A stretch of 22,422 nucleotides of DNA, taken from a virus. Taxonomy: Duplodnaviria; Heunggongvirae; Uroviricota; Caudoviricetes. Within the stretch, counting starts at the first letter, position 1. The number at the start of each line of letters is the position of its first letter. The stretch spans positions 1 to 22,422 of the IMG/VR virus record IMGVR_UViG_3300033066_001266; one strand, 5' to 3'. The translations under genes were made by a program, and so were the position numbers. Of the stretch, positions 1 through 7,321 are shown one piece after another. Below the pieces are notes generated by a model. The model saw nothing but the letters and a program-made list of their open reading frames with translations, did not search any database and had not been told where the DNA came from.

Positions 1-347
1 AAGAATATAAATTTCTTAGTATAAGCTTTATACACTACATCTCTATTATAATTTCTTATACCAAAAGATGCATATCCCTTTAACTTTATATTTAATCTCC
101 AATGTTTTCCATTAACTGGATCTCTATGCCAATTAAGCTTTGTAAGCGCTTCGTACTTAAGTATATAGGCATCAAAACCCCATTTCCATATTCTAAATGA
201 CCAAAGACAGAATTTTTTATATTTTGTACCCTTTTGTCTTCCTTCTTGCCATTTCCAATATTTTATATCTGGAAAAATAGCTTTAAATGCTACAAATATA
301 CCAAAAGTGTAGAACATCATCAACAATATAAATAAAATATTTGTCAT
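1..347 (-). CDS. partial gene running off the window edge; N-terminal hydrophobic helix plus putative 2OG-Fe(II) oxygenase-like domain
   Basis: Not in the ORF track. Hand-translated from ATG 347 (ATGA overlap with the stop of 344..919) and open to position 1: MTNILFILLMMFYTFGIFVAF...FDAYILKYEALTKLNWHRDPVNGKHWRLNIKLKG. The YILKY...HxD...RLNI pattern resembles the dioxygenase DSBH core. The distal His would lie outside the window. Confidence 0.5.
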   Translation of the reverse strand, partial: MTNILFILLMMFYTFGIFVAFKAIFPDIKYWKWQEGRQKGTKYKKFCLWSFRIWKWGFDAYILKYEALTKLNWHRDPVNGKHWRLNIKLKGYASFGIRNYNRDVVYKAYTKKFIF

Positions 348-919
348 TTTCTTTTGTTTATAGGATTTCTAAATGATGATTTTAAATCGAATCCATGACT
401 AACTATTTTTTCTTTATTAGTCTGCGTATTAATTATCTCTTTCTCTCTCATTAAAAAATTAGATATTTTTATAAAAGCATTTTCTGGGTTTACAACTTTA
501 GAAAAACCAAAATCTGCCAATCTTACATTTAATTCTCCTTGCTCTCCATTTAAAATTACAGGGCAATTTAATTTTTCATTGAGATTTTCATATTTAGTAC
601 CTTTATATAAAGGATCATTTGTGTCTCTTCCAAGAGGATCCATTGTTTGACCTCTATATACTTTCATTCCTGCATCATTTTTTCCTAATATTCTTGGTAT
701 ATAATTTTCAGCATCTTTACCATAGTAAAATTTTCCTTTATAATAATGTCCAAAGTAAGTTACATTACAAAAATGAATACGAAAAGCTTTATATTCGAGA
801 GGTTCTAATTCAAAATGAGGATTATATTTGTTATTTCTTATATAAATACATTTTTCATCTATGCCGTATTTAGCTATTATAAAATCATAATAGTCTTTAA
901 AATTACTTATAAGCTTCAT
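344..919 (-). CDS. hypothetical phage protein (191 aa)
   Basis: Long ORF with A/T-rich leader, a terminator upstream and translational coupling to the next gene; no catalytic motif recognised. Confidence 0.8.
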   Translation of the reverse strand: MKLISNFKDYYDFIIAKYGIDEKCIYIRNNKYNPHFELEPLEYKAFRIHFCNVTYFGHYYKGKFYYGKDAENYIPRILGKNDAGMKVYRGQTMDPLGRDTNDPLYKGTKYENLNEKLNCPVILNGEQGELNVRLADFGFSKVVNPENAFIKISNFLMREKEIINTQTNKEKIVSHGFDLKSSFRNPINKRK

Positions 920-938
920 AATTTAAATTTAAAAAGGA

Positions 939-968
939 ACGGGTTAAAAGCTTTCACTCTTAACCCGC
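939..968 (-). terminator. intrinsic terminator-like hairpin
   Basis: Minus strand GCGGGTTAAGAG-TGAAAG-CTTTTAACCCGT (12 bp with two G-U pairs), followed by TCCTTTTT. Confidence 0.7.
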
Positions 969-1129
969 TAATAAGAATAATTCGGTAATACGTTTTATAT
1001 TTTGTATCTTATATTTTACTGAAAAACAAATTAATAATTAATTTTTACAATTCTTAATCTTAATCGTAATCAGGGTGCTGCAAAAACCATTTCTGGTTTT
1101 CATAGCTTAAGTTTGTTGAATTATCCTTA

Positions 1130-1426
1130 CTACATGCTATCAAAGTTTTTCCTGTTATCATTCTTTTTCTTTTTAGTATATAATCTATACAATTTGAACA
1201 TTAAATTATTCCATACTCTACAATAAAAGATATTAAATATTTGTTTATCTTTATTAGCATATAATTTCTTAAAATCAAATTTAGTTTCTATTTTCATAAA
1301 TAAAATATCGAGAGGCCAATAATTTACAAGCCATATTAGACTTCTATCATTAAACCCTGTGTGAATATGAAATAATCTAAATACATACTTATTACAAATA
1401 ATCCAAAATATTGCAGGTATTTTCAT
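1130..1426 (-). CDS. hypothetical protein (98 aa)
   Basis: ATG with AAATTTAAATT leader; same strand as neighbours. Confidence 0.65.
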   Translation of the reverse strand: MKIPAIFWIICNKYVFRLFHIHTGFNDRSLIWLVNYWPLDILFMKIETKFDFKKLYANKDKQIFNIFYCRVWNNLMFKLYRLYTKKKKNDNRKNFDSM

Positions 1427-1461
1427 AATTTAAATTTAAAAGGTCTGTAATCGACTTGTTT

Positions 1462-1535
1462 TACAGATAGACAGACTTGAACTGTCGACCCTCTGTCCGC
1501 AAGACAGATGCTCTAACCAACTGAGCTATATCATC
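1462..1535 (-). tRNA. tRNA-like element, anticodon TGC (Ala), defective acceptor stem (possible pseudo-tRNA)
   Basis: D arm GCTC-AGTTGGTTA-GAGC, anticodon arm TCTGT-CTTGCGG-ACAGA, T arm GACAG-TTCAAGT-CTGTC. The acceptor GATGATA/TATCTGT has two mismatches and no G3:U70. Confidence 0.6.
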
Positions 1536-1578
1536 AAGAGACTACAGACCATTTTAAAAAATTGGTATAAATAAAAAT

Positions 1579-2016
1579 TTATATTTGAGAAAGATATACA
1601 TAAGCTCTAAAATATTTTTCAATCCTATCGAGATCTACTTTAGATAAGCCTTTTGATCTTTCAATATCCGAATTATCCTTTAAATCTGCTCTTTTTACAT
1701 TCGTTGCTCTTTGGGATGTGGCAATTTTCTTAATATATACATTAAGATAATCATCTTTTTCTTTATCGTGAGTAAGAAGTTTTAAATCATCAAGAATATC
1801 TTCAGGAAAACCTAAATTTCTTAATTCATCTATAGATATAACTCCATCTTCAGGGCAATCATGTAATACAGCTAAGATTTTTTCTTCAACTGTATCTACA
1901 CTATTCATAACCCTAATACAATGTAGAATATATGGTTTACCATGTTTATCTAATCTTTTTGAAAAGCCATTTGCAGCTATGGCTATAGCTAATGCTAATA
2001 ATTTATTTAAGTTCAT
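1579..2016 (-). CDS. HD-domain phosphohydrolase, RelA/SpoT hydrolase-like (small alarmone hydrolase-like)
   Basis: KHGKPYILHCIRV ... AVLHDCPED ... VKRADLKDN motifs. Confidence 0.85.
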   Translation of the reverse strand: MNLNKLLALAIAIAANGFSKRLDKHGKPYILHCIRVMNSVDTVEEKILAVLHDCPEDGVISIDELRNLGFPEDILDDLKLLTHDKEKDDYLNVYIKKIATSQRATNVKRADLKDNSDIERSKGLSKVDLDRIEKYFRAYVYLSQI

Positions 2017-2275
2017 AACTTATATAGTATATAATTTTATAAGGTGAATTTGCATTATAAAGATACTCTGAACTAGTTATACTAGGACCATTTTTAATGT
2101 AATTAGTTCCATTATTTGATCCCCAATAAAATCCTCGATGATTAATAGCTATAACTGTATCGTTATTATTAGGATAAAATATTATATATTTTAATTCCCA
2201 ATTTTTATTTAAATTATCAGATTCACAACTATTTAATAAAAAAAGCACAAATAATCCTATTATTAGTTTTTTCAT
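2003..2275 (-). CDS. putative lipoprotein
   Basis: MKKLIIGLFVLFLLNSC: basic N-terminus, hydrophobic stretch and a lipobox Cys. Confidence 0.7.
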   Translation of the reverse strand: MKKLIIGLFVLFLLNSCESDNLNKNWELKYIIFYPNNNDTVIAINHRGFYWGSNNGTNYIKNGPSITSSEYLYNANSPYKIIYYISYELK

Positions 2276-2730
2276 AGTATTTTTTTATATTTTGCTTTTA
2301 TAAGTCGTACAGCAGCTTTTAGCTCTTTTGGAGAATCGAATACAGCTATGAAATTATTTAGAGCTTGTATTTCAGGCATAGAAACTACAGTAGATGTAAA
2401 ATTAGATCTGCTGAAAATTCTTGATTTTTCCACTTTTGCTATAAAATGATGTTCGTGACTTTTTGTAGATAATACTATCACATGACATGTACCATCATCT
2501 TCTTTTTTAAATACTACACATGGATGATTTTGACCAGAAATATCAAATAATATTACATCTCCAAATTCTATTGATTTTGGTATGTCAAGATTCGATTTTA
2601 TATTTTGATTTTTATCTATCCATTTTTTTAATATCATTATGATAGTGTCTTTATCATATGTTCTTGTAGTTTCAAATAAATTATATAAGCTTGTTATATC
2701 TCTTGGTTTACTTATATCAGTTTGAGACAT
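2272..2730 (-). CDS. hypothetical protein with a possible PemK/MazF-like domain
   Basis: GDVILFD...HPCVVF...VIVLSTK resembles the PemK GD...RPxLVV...VVPLTS pattern; ATGA-coupled to the next gene. The gene is well supported; the fold call is weak. Confidence 0.45.
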   Translation of the reverse strand: MSQTDISKPRDITSLYNLFETTRTYDKDTIIMILKKWIDKNQNIKSNLDIPKSIEFGDVILFDISGQNHPCVVFKKEDDGTCHVIVLSTKSHEHHFIAKVEKSRIFSRSNFTSTVVSMPEIQALNNFIAVFDSPKELKAAVRLIKAKYKKIL

Positions 2731-2741
2731 TTTTTATAATT

Positions 2742-3074
2742 TTAGATTACTATATCAGAGCTTTCAAAAGTGAAAATCTGAAATTGTTTAATAAAGTTTC
2801 TCCAATCTACTACTGAAAATTGTTTAGTAGAAGCGATTTGCATATGTTCTTTAAATCTTTCGTGAATAACATAGCGTTCATCTCCGGTAGCATCCCTAAC
2901 TAAATCTACTTTGAAAAAATAGGCATCTCTACATTCTTTAGTTGTAGTTAGGTTATTCTCTTCCATTATTGTAAAAGTACAAGTTCTGCCTTTTAATTGT
3001 TGGAGATATTTAGCAATTTGATCTGCACCTTTAACTATCTTTCCATGTTCATTTATTGTTACTGAAAATTGCAT
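2742..3074 (-). CDS. NinB/YbcN-like recombination protein (tentative)
   Basis: IHERFKEH...STKQFSVVDWRNFIKQ...ESSDIVI resembles the NinB-family C-terminal pattern. Confidence 0.45.
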   Translation of the reverse strand: MQFSVTINEHGKIVKGADQIAKYLQQLKGRTCTFTIMEENNLTTTKECRDAYFFKVDLVRDATGDERYVIHERFKEHMQIASTKQFSVVDWRNFIKQFQIFTFESSDIVI

Positions 3075-3076
3075 AA

Positions 3077-3292
3077 TTAATCTGTTTGATAAGCACCTTC
3101 ATTACAAATAAGACATCTCCATAAACCGCTTGGATCTACTTTATTCATAGCACCATGAAGAATGCAATGAGGAGTTTCTTTTTGTCCTTCTACTGTACTT
3201 TTTAATATTACTATACCTTTAGAAATAGAGTCAAAACCATTTTTGGCTTTGCTATCTTTATAAGGACTATCTTTTAAATCAATTATTATCAT
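3077..3292 (-). CDS. small protein with a possible Zn-binding motif
   Basis: CxxH...CxxC (HCILHG...WRCLIC); coupled to upstream gene. Confidence 0.65.
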   Translation of the reverse strand: MIIIDLKDSPYKDSKAKNGFDSISKGIVILKSTVEGQKETPHCILHGAMNKVDPSGLWRCLICNEGAYQTD

Positions 3293-3483
3293 ATAAATCT
3301 TATATTGTTAACTAACCATATTATTGCTAATATAGGATATAGAAATAAGCTTACTAATGCACAAATAGTCATTAAAAACATCCAAATAATTTGCCAGTGA
3401 GAATGTAATCTATAAGCAATATAGCCTATAGTACTAAATATTACTAATAATATTAGAGGCAACCACATTAATTGTATTGTCAT
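3289..3483 (-). CDS. small membrane protein (two predicted TM helices)
   Basis: Two hydrophobic stretches; ATGA overlaps at both ends. Confidence 0.75.
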   Translation of the reverse strand: MTIQLMWLPLILLVIFSTIGYIAYRLHSHWQIIWMFLMTICALVSLFLYPILAIIWLVNNIRFI

Positions 3484-3827
3484 ATAATAGTTAAATTTGA
3501 TTGTAAATGAAGCGATTCTATAGCTTTTTCAATATTTTGAGTTTTAAATATCTCATAAGTTTCAAGACATACGGAAGCGGTTGTATTAGTTAATTTACTA
3601 TTTATAAGCTCTATTAAAGAATATTCTTCTTTTTCATTACTATCAGCTAATTTAACTTTAACAACTATTGGTATTCTATGCTTTGCATAAAAATAGCGTT
3701 CTATATCAAACTGCTTACGTTTAACCTCTCTTTTTAATTCACTTTCTGCTTTATAAGCTTTTAAAGAAGTAGTTCTGTTTTCCTCTCCATAAATCATATT
3801 TACTTTAATTCCCTTTAATTCTTCCAT
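3480..3827 (-). CDS. hypothetical protein (115 aa)
   Basis: Coupled ORF in the same operon. Confidence 0.75.
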   Translation of the reverse strand: MEELKGIKVNMIYGEENRTTSLKAYKAESELKREVKRKQFDIERYFYAKHRIPIVVKVKLADSNEKEEYSLIELINSKLTNTTASVCLETYEIFKTQNIEKAIESLHLQSNLTII

Positions 3828-4240
3828 TATTTTTGCTTTAATAAATATTTAATAATTGCTTGTTTACACCACATTATTTCTTTAAATGCTTCTGGATTGT
3901 TAGTATGGGGAGTAAAATCAATAAATTCCATTCTTCCCATTATAATATTTTCCTCAAGATATTGAGCGACTCGCTTTCCTTCTGTATAACCTGTACCTAA
4001 ATCATTATCAAGACTTATAAATTCTACTTTTCCCTTTTTTATAAGACCAATAACTTCTTCTACTGTTCTTGCATGATAATTAAATCCTTTGGGCATTTTT
4101 CTTTCATCATCAAGCCATACAATAAGTTTAATTTTTCTTTCATACTGTATGTTAGATTTAGGATGGATTTCACTATTATTCTCAGCTATAACAGATACAG
4201 GAAACCAATTATCTGGTTTTATTGTTGAAAACTTTTTCAT
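3827..4240 (-). CDS. cyclic-phosphate-processing receiver (REC-like) domain protein
   Basis: IVWLDDER.MP.GF...ARTVEE.I.LI....VEFISLDNDLG.G...G..VAQYLEE...HTNNP matches that family pattern. Start moved from the track's 4288 to ATG 4240 (MKKFS). Confidence 0.7.
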   Translation of the reverse strand: MKKFSTIKPDNWFPVSVIAENNSEIHPKSNIQYERKIKLIVWLDDERKMPKGFNYHARTVEEVIGLIKKGKVEFISLDNDLGTGYTEGKRVAQYLEENIIMGRMEFIDFTPHTNNPEAFKEIMWCKQAIIKYLLKQK

Positions 4241-4496
4241 TGTAATTTTTATAATATTCAAAAAATTCCCGAATACTTGATCCCACAAGTACTCCTCCGC
4301 TTCTTTTAGTTTCTTTAAGCCATACTTTAAATATATGTACTATATTATCAGGAATAAATCCTAAGAATATAATATCTTTTCTTTTTCCTTCTATAGGATA
4401 TAAATCAAAATCCATACTATTTTTAGGAGTATAGTAATATCTATTACTTACTACCCATTTCTTTTCTGTGAAAAGACTAACTTGTATGATAAGCAT
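4209..4496 (-). CDS. hypothetical protein (~95 aa)
   Basis: The track start (4541) lies inside a terminator hairpin, so ATG 4496 is preferred. Confidence 0.6.
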   Translation of the reverse strand: MLIIQVSLFTEKKWVVSNRYYYTPKNSMDFDLYPIEGKRKDIIFLGFIPDNIVHIFKVWLKETKRSGGVLVGSSIREFFEYYKNYNEKVFNNKTR

Positions 4497-4513
4497 ATAA
4501 TAATTTAAAATGA

Positions 4514-4546
4514 AAAGCATGTTACTTTTTGAAGGTAACATGCTTT
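4514..4546 (-). terminator. terminator downstream of the tmRNA/tRNA pair
   Basis: Perfect 12-bp inverted repeat AAAGCATGTTAC/GTAACATGCTTT, followed by TCATTTT on the minus strand. Confidence 0.75.
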
Positions 4547-4609
4547 AATTAGGGGCATTCGATTTTATTCATTTGCCACTCCACCAGACTATTTCTGTTA
4601 AAATAGACG

Positions 4610-4682
4610 TTGACCCTACTGGGTATGATCCAGTGACCTAATGATTATGAGTCATTTGCTCTACCAACTGAGCTAAGGATCA
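4610..4682 (-). tRNA. tRNA-CAT, most like tRNA-Ile2 (elongator Met not excluded)
   Basis: TGATCCT-TA-GCTC-AGTTGGTA-GAGC-A-AATGA-CTCATAA-TCATT-AGGTC-ACTGG-ATCATAC-CCAGT-AGGGTCA-A: full cloverleaf with a body similar to enterobacterial ileX. The T loop ATCATAC is atypical and CCA is not encoded. Confidence 0.82.
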
Positions 4683-4710
4683 ATAATTGACTAACAATCA
4701 ATTAATTAAG

Positions 4711-5103
4711 TGGACCCGACCAGAATCGAACTGGTGTCCAAACAAATACTTAACCTTTAAGTTACGTGTGTGTAGGTTTTTTATTGTCGTATTAAGTTAT
4801 AAATAACACTACCGACTATCTCATTGTAAATGAGCAACTTGTAATCTATTCGTCAACATACGAATTAATTAGTAGGGAAGTTTATCTTTTTATATGGGAT
4901 AAAACACATATTTGTTGGTTTTAAATTAGGCAGCAACCGCTACTCTTTCTTTGCTAAAGCATCCTGCGATGATTTTAGCGCCAACTGCTTGATGATCAAC
5001 TGTGTTGTCATTTATTAGTTTATATACATTTGTCAAAGCGGTATATACTTCCGCTTACACGCCTATCAACCAAATACCTTGCTGTCAAAACCAAAACGGG
5101 CCC
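4711..5103 (-). ncRNA. ssrA: transfer-messenger RNA (tmRNA)
   Basis: 5' GGGCCCG-TTTTGGTTTTGAC pairs with 3' CGGGTCC-A and includes G3:U70. T arm ACCAG-TTCGATT-CTGGT; pk1-like GCGG/CCGC; resume context AATAAAT-GAC. Tag frame 5009-4926 encodes DNTVDHQAVGAKIIAGCFSKERVAVAA*. Confidence 0.93.
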
Positions 5104-5112
5104 AATAAAAAA

Positions 5113-5140
5113 GGGAGCTATACATGGAAATGTTACTCCC
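5113..5140 (-). terminator. terminator-like hairpin just upstream of the tmRNA
   Basis: GGGAG-TAACAT-TTCC-ATGTATAG-CTCCC followed by TTTTTT on the minus strand. Confidence 0.55.
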
Positions 5141-5150
5141 AAACCTAAAA

Positions 5151-5450
5151 TTATGACTTCTCTTTAACAAATTTGTTATCAGTCACAATTTTCTTTTCTT
5201 CTATTTGATCTCCTTCAGAGATAAAGCTTTGCATTTCTAATATTTCCTGAGATTCTTCCAATAAAGGTTGATCACTTAAGATATTAGAAGCTTCTTTAAA
5301 GAAAACTGTACTTCTAGAATCTGTAGCAACTTTCTTATCTATATCAGCAAGAAAATTATTAATATTATCAAATTCCTCTTCAGAAGCAATCTTCGCTACT
5401 TCAGGTAAAGATACAGTTTTTTTTTTAAATAATCTTTTTAAAAACATCAT
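5151..5450 (-). CDS. hypothetical acidic protein (99 aa)
   Basis: ORF with A/T-rich leader. Confidence 0.7.
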   Translation of the reverse strand: MMFLKRLFKKKTVSLPEVAKIASEEEFDNINNFLADIDKKVATDSRSTVFFKEASNILSDQPLLEESQEILEMQSFISEGDQIEEKKIVTDNKFVKEKS

Positions 5451-5461
5451 TTTAATTTAAT

Positions 5462-5863
5462 TTATACGTCAAAATTATCAATATGTATTCTTTGCACTTC
5501 ATTAGGAGATACTTCGAGTAATTTCCTAAAGTCAACATGTGGATTAATAACTATTTGATTATCAAATTTAAATCCTTCCATAATTTCATGTTTTACAGCA
5601 GCTTCGCAAGCACTATATGCAGTGAATATTACTTCAGATTCAGTCATATGTGGAGATAGATACCATTTTCTACCTTTCCATTCTTCTATTTTACCTGTTT
5701 TTGTACATGGAGCATTATAAAATATCTGTAGATATAAGCGTTTTCCCCACTTTTTATCTTCAAATACAGTTATAAATAATTTTTGATTAAATATAGAAAA
5801 ACTTAAGTGAGATATGAGTTTTCTTATTGATTTTAACCAATCTTGTCTTTCTTTTTTAGTCAT
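5462..5863 (-). CDS. conserved hypothetical phage protein (133 aa)
   Basis: GRKWYLSPHMTESEV...KHE...NPH motif. Start moved to ATG 5863 because the track's GTG start is inside the tRNA-like T arm. Confidence 0.8.
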   Translation of the reverse strand: MTKKERQDWLKSIRKLISHLSFSIFNQKLFITVFEDKKWGKRLYLQIFYNAPCTKTGKIEEWKGRKWYLSPHMTESEVIFTAYSACEAAVKHEIMEGFKFDNQIVINPHVDFRKLLEVSPNEVQRIHIDNFDV

Positions 5864-5877
5864 AATCAGATTTTTAG

Positions 5878-5968
5878 ATGCTATGGCAAGGATCGAACTC
5901 ACAACCCAGCAGGAGCTGGTTTTTACCGAAGATACTGTTGATTTTCTCTTTTTTAAGTATACATAGCA
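5878..5968 (-). pseudogene. degenerate type-II (Leu-like) tRNA
   Basis: Perfect acceptor TGCTATG/CATAGCA, T arm GTGAG-TTCGATC-CTTGC and variable arm TCC-TGCT-GGG. The D loop is oversized (TACT-19 nt-AGTA) and the anticodon arm is collapsed (TCGGT-AAAA-ACCAG). Confidence 0.5.
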
Positions 5969-6020
5969 CTCCCCTCTCCAATAGATTGTTGTCTATTAGT
6001 TAAGTGAGAAGTTTAATTAT

Positions 6021-6248
6021 TTAAATTTGTTGACCATTATATCCCCACAAACTACCGTAGGAATTAGGATTTGGATAATGTATAATTCTCCTTGTTCCGG
6101 GATATCTGGGATTTTGAATAAGTTCTGTTGTTCTATTTTCTCCTTCTCCTGTAGTTTGTCTTATAAATGCAGATTCAGGAGCAAATTGATACCTTTGTCC
6201 TCTTGATAATTTTCCTCTTTTATTAATTGGTTTTCTGTTATTTGCCAT
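6021..6248 (-). CDS. small basic hypothetical protein
   Basis: Arg/Lys-rich ORF directly downstream of the ABC ATPase. Confidence 0.7.
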   Translation of the reverse strand: MANNRKPINKRGKLSRGQRYQFAPESAFIRQTTGEGENRTTELIQNPRYPGTRRIIHYPNPNSYGSLWGYNGQQI

Positions 6249-6253
6249 TAAAT

Positions 6254-7066
6254 TTAGTTTATAAATTGTGTGTTAATTTTATTAATAAGACTGATAAATT
6301 GAGGATTTTCTCTTATATCAGGTGTGTAAGCAAGCCCCATTTCTAGTAAATTATATCTATTAATGATAGTTGCTCCCTCTACTTTTTCAAGTATTACATC
6401 AGTTTCTGTAGCAACACTTTGCTTATATTCATTCCCAAGCATTATAGCTGTATCTGATACTGCTAAAGCAGGTGTTAGAATATGAGAACTGATGATAATA
6501 GTGTTTTCACTATCAAGATCAGCTAATTTTCTGATATTTTCAGAAAGTTTTCTTGTAGCTAATGGATCAAGTCCTGAAAAAGGCTCATCTAATAAGATAA
6601 ATTTCTCTGATGATAATATTTGTTGAATAATAGCAACTCTTTGTCTTTGACCTCCTGAGATTTCAAAAGCATATTTATTTTTGTGAGCTGATACTTCAAA
6701 ATATTCAAGTAAATCATTTATTCTATTGTTATCATTAGATACTAACTTTAAATTAGATAATACTGTTCTATGTTCAAATAAAGGATATGTTTGAAGAACC
6801 ATACCTACTTTACCAGCTTGAGTTGGTTGTTTATCAAATCCTATTAAAACAGTACCTGTAGTTGGTTCTTGTAATCCAGCGATAATCTTCATCAACTGAG
6901 TTTTACCAATTCCGCTAAGACCAAGCAATGTAATTACTTGACCTGTAGTATTTAAACCTATTATATCCTTAATATCTAAATTAATATCTCTTAATACAAG
7001 CTTGCTTCCAAAAGATAAAGAGAGATTCTCAATAGTTAATACTGATTCTCCATATGAATAACTCAT
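6254..7066 (-). CDS. ABC transporter ATP-binding protein, NitT/TauT (SsuB/TauB-like)
   Basis: Walker A GLSGIGKT, signature ISGGQRQRVAI, Walker B ILLDEPFSGLD, H-loop ISSH. Start at ATG 7066 with AAAACTTAAAATT leader. Confidence 0.93.
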   Translation of the reverse strand: MSYSYGESVLTIENLSLSFGSKLVLRDINLDIKDIIGLNTTGQVITLLGLSGIGKTQLMKIIAGLQEPTTGTVLIGFDKQPTQAGKVGMVLQTYPLFEHRTVLSNLKLVSNDNNRINDLLEYFEVSAHKNKYAFEISGGQRQRVAIIQQILSSEKFILLDEPFSGLDPLATRKLSENIRKLADLDSENTIIISSHILTPALAVSDTAIMLGNEYKQSVATETDVILEKVEGATIINRYNLLEMGLAYTPDIRENPQFISLINKINTQFIN

Positions 7067-7077
7067 AATTTTAAGTT

Positions 7078-7320
7078 TTAACAATTTTCTAACTCAAATT
7101 GATAAACAATATGTAATGTATTATTACCATCTTTTATAAGATAATCGTGTCTTTTTGTTTCCACTATCATGACAACTTCATTTGTTGAAATTTTAGTTTC
7201 AGATAATTTGTAATTTGAAATACGAGCAAAATCTCCTTTGCTGTATCTTTTTTGAAGTGGGGTAGAATAACCCAAATTATTATCGAATTTGTTTATTAAA
7301 TTCCACAATATTTTTAACAT
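7078..7320 (-). CDS. hypothetical protein (80 aa) between permease and ATPase
   Basis: Fills the gap between the two ABC genes; the C-terminal half is SH3/KOW-like by eye. Confidence 0.7.
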   Translation of the reverse strand: MLKILWNLINKFDNNLGYSTPLQKRYSKGDFARISNYKLSETKISTNEVVMIVETKRHDYLIKDGNNTLHIVYQFELENC

Positions 7321-7321
7321 A

